64,000 nt of DNA from Alphaproteobacteria bacterium (GTDB taxonomy: Bacteria; Pseudomonadota; Alphaproteobacteria; SP197), in the NCBI GenBank assembly GCA_964291415.2, contig OZ219918.1, positions 512,001 through 576,000 on the forward strand. Reading direction: 5' to 3'. This document shows positions 63,893-64,000 of this stretch, piece after piece. The position numbers and the translations under genes were made by a program. Each line of letters opens with the position of its first letter. Position 1 is the first letter of the stretch. The notes under the pieces were generated by a model that ran no database searches, had not been told where the DNA came from, and saw only the letters and a list, made by a program, of their open reading frames with translations.

Positions 63893-64000
63893 TGATTGCT
63901 CTCTTCGCTGAAGGCCGCGGTCAGCCAGTCCGGGGCGTTCACGGGAATCCCCTTGTGGCGGATTTCTACATAGAGGGTTCGCTCTTCCGTGTCATCCGCC
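63889..64000 (-). CDS. envC: C-terminal end of an M23/LytM protein, probably EnvC (partial)
   Basis: Manual translation ..TLYVEIRHKGIPVNAPDWL..*; stop overlaps the ctpA ATG; envC-ctpA synteny is usual. Confidence 0.75.
   Translation of the reverse strand, partial: ADDTEERTLYVEIRHKGIPVNAPDWLTAAFSEESNQ

Overview
High-GC bacterial chromosome window. The gene order mdh-sucCDAB-lpdA / xerC-tal / priA-atpHAGDC / envC-ctpA-rppH points to an alphaproteobacterium, probably Rhodospirillales-like (inference). From left to right: (1) an EamA exporter divergent from a ureE-ureF-ureG-ureD operon with no urease structural genes in the window; (2) a small accessory islet with a PD-(D/E)XK-like nuclease and an NYN/PIN RNase that is preceded by a promoter, a structured ~60-nt RNA and a terminator; (3) prfC; (4) a ~24 kb catabolic region with two Rieske oxygenases, Urt-like and Liv-like ABC importers, an FmdA amidase, a cupin, a PuuB-like oxidase, a crotonase, an AOR-family (probably tungsten) aldehyde oxidoreductase operon and a homocysteine methyltransferase-family gene; (5) TCA-cycle and F1-ATPase housekeeping operons, with a stand-alone Cache protein inside the TCA operon; (6) two nested toxin-antitoxin modules with intact antitoxins and dead toxins; (7) a polyamine-type ABC importer with an M24 hydrolase; (8) an amidohydrolase-CobW pair, a ferritin-like gene and rppH-ctpA-envC. 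Two genes carry a +1 C frameshift in a C4 run. I saw no rRNA, tRNA, CRISPR array or intact transposase. All family calls come from motif recognition by eye; no searches were run.
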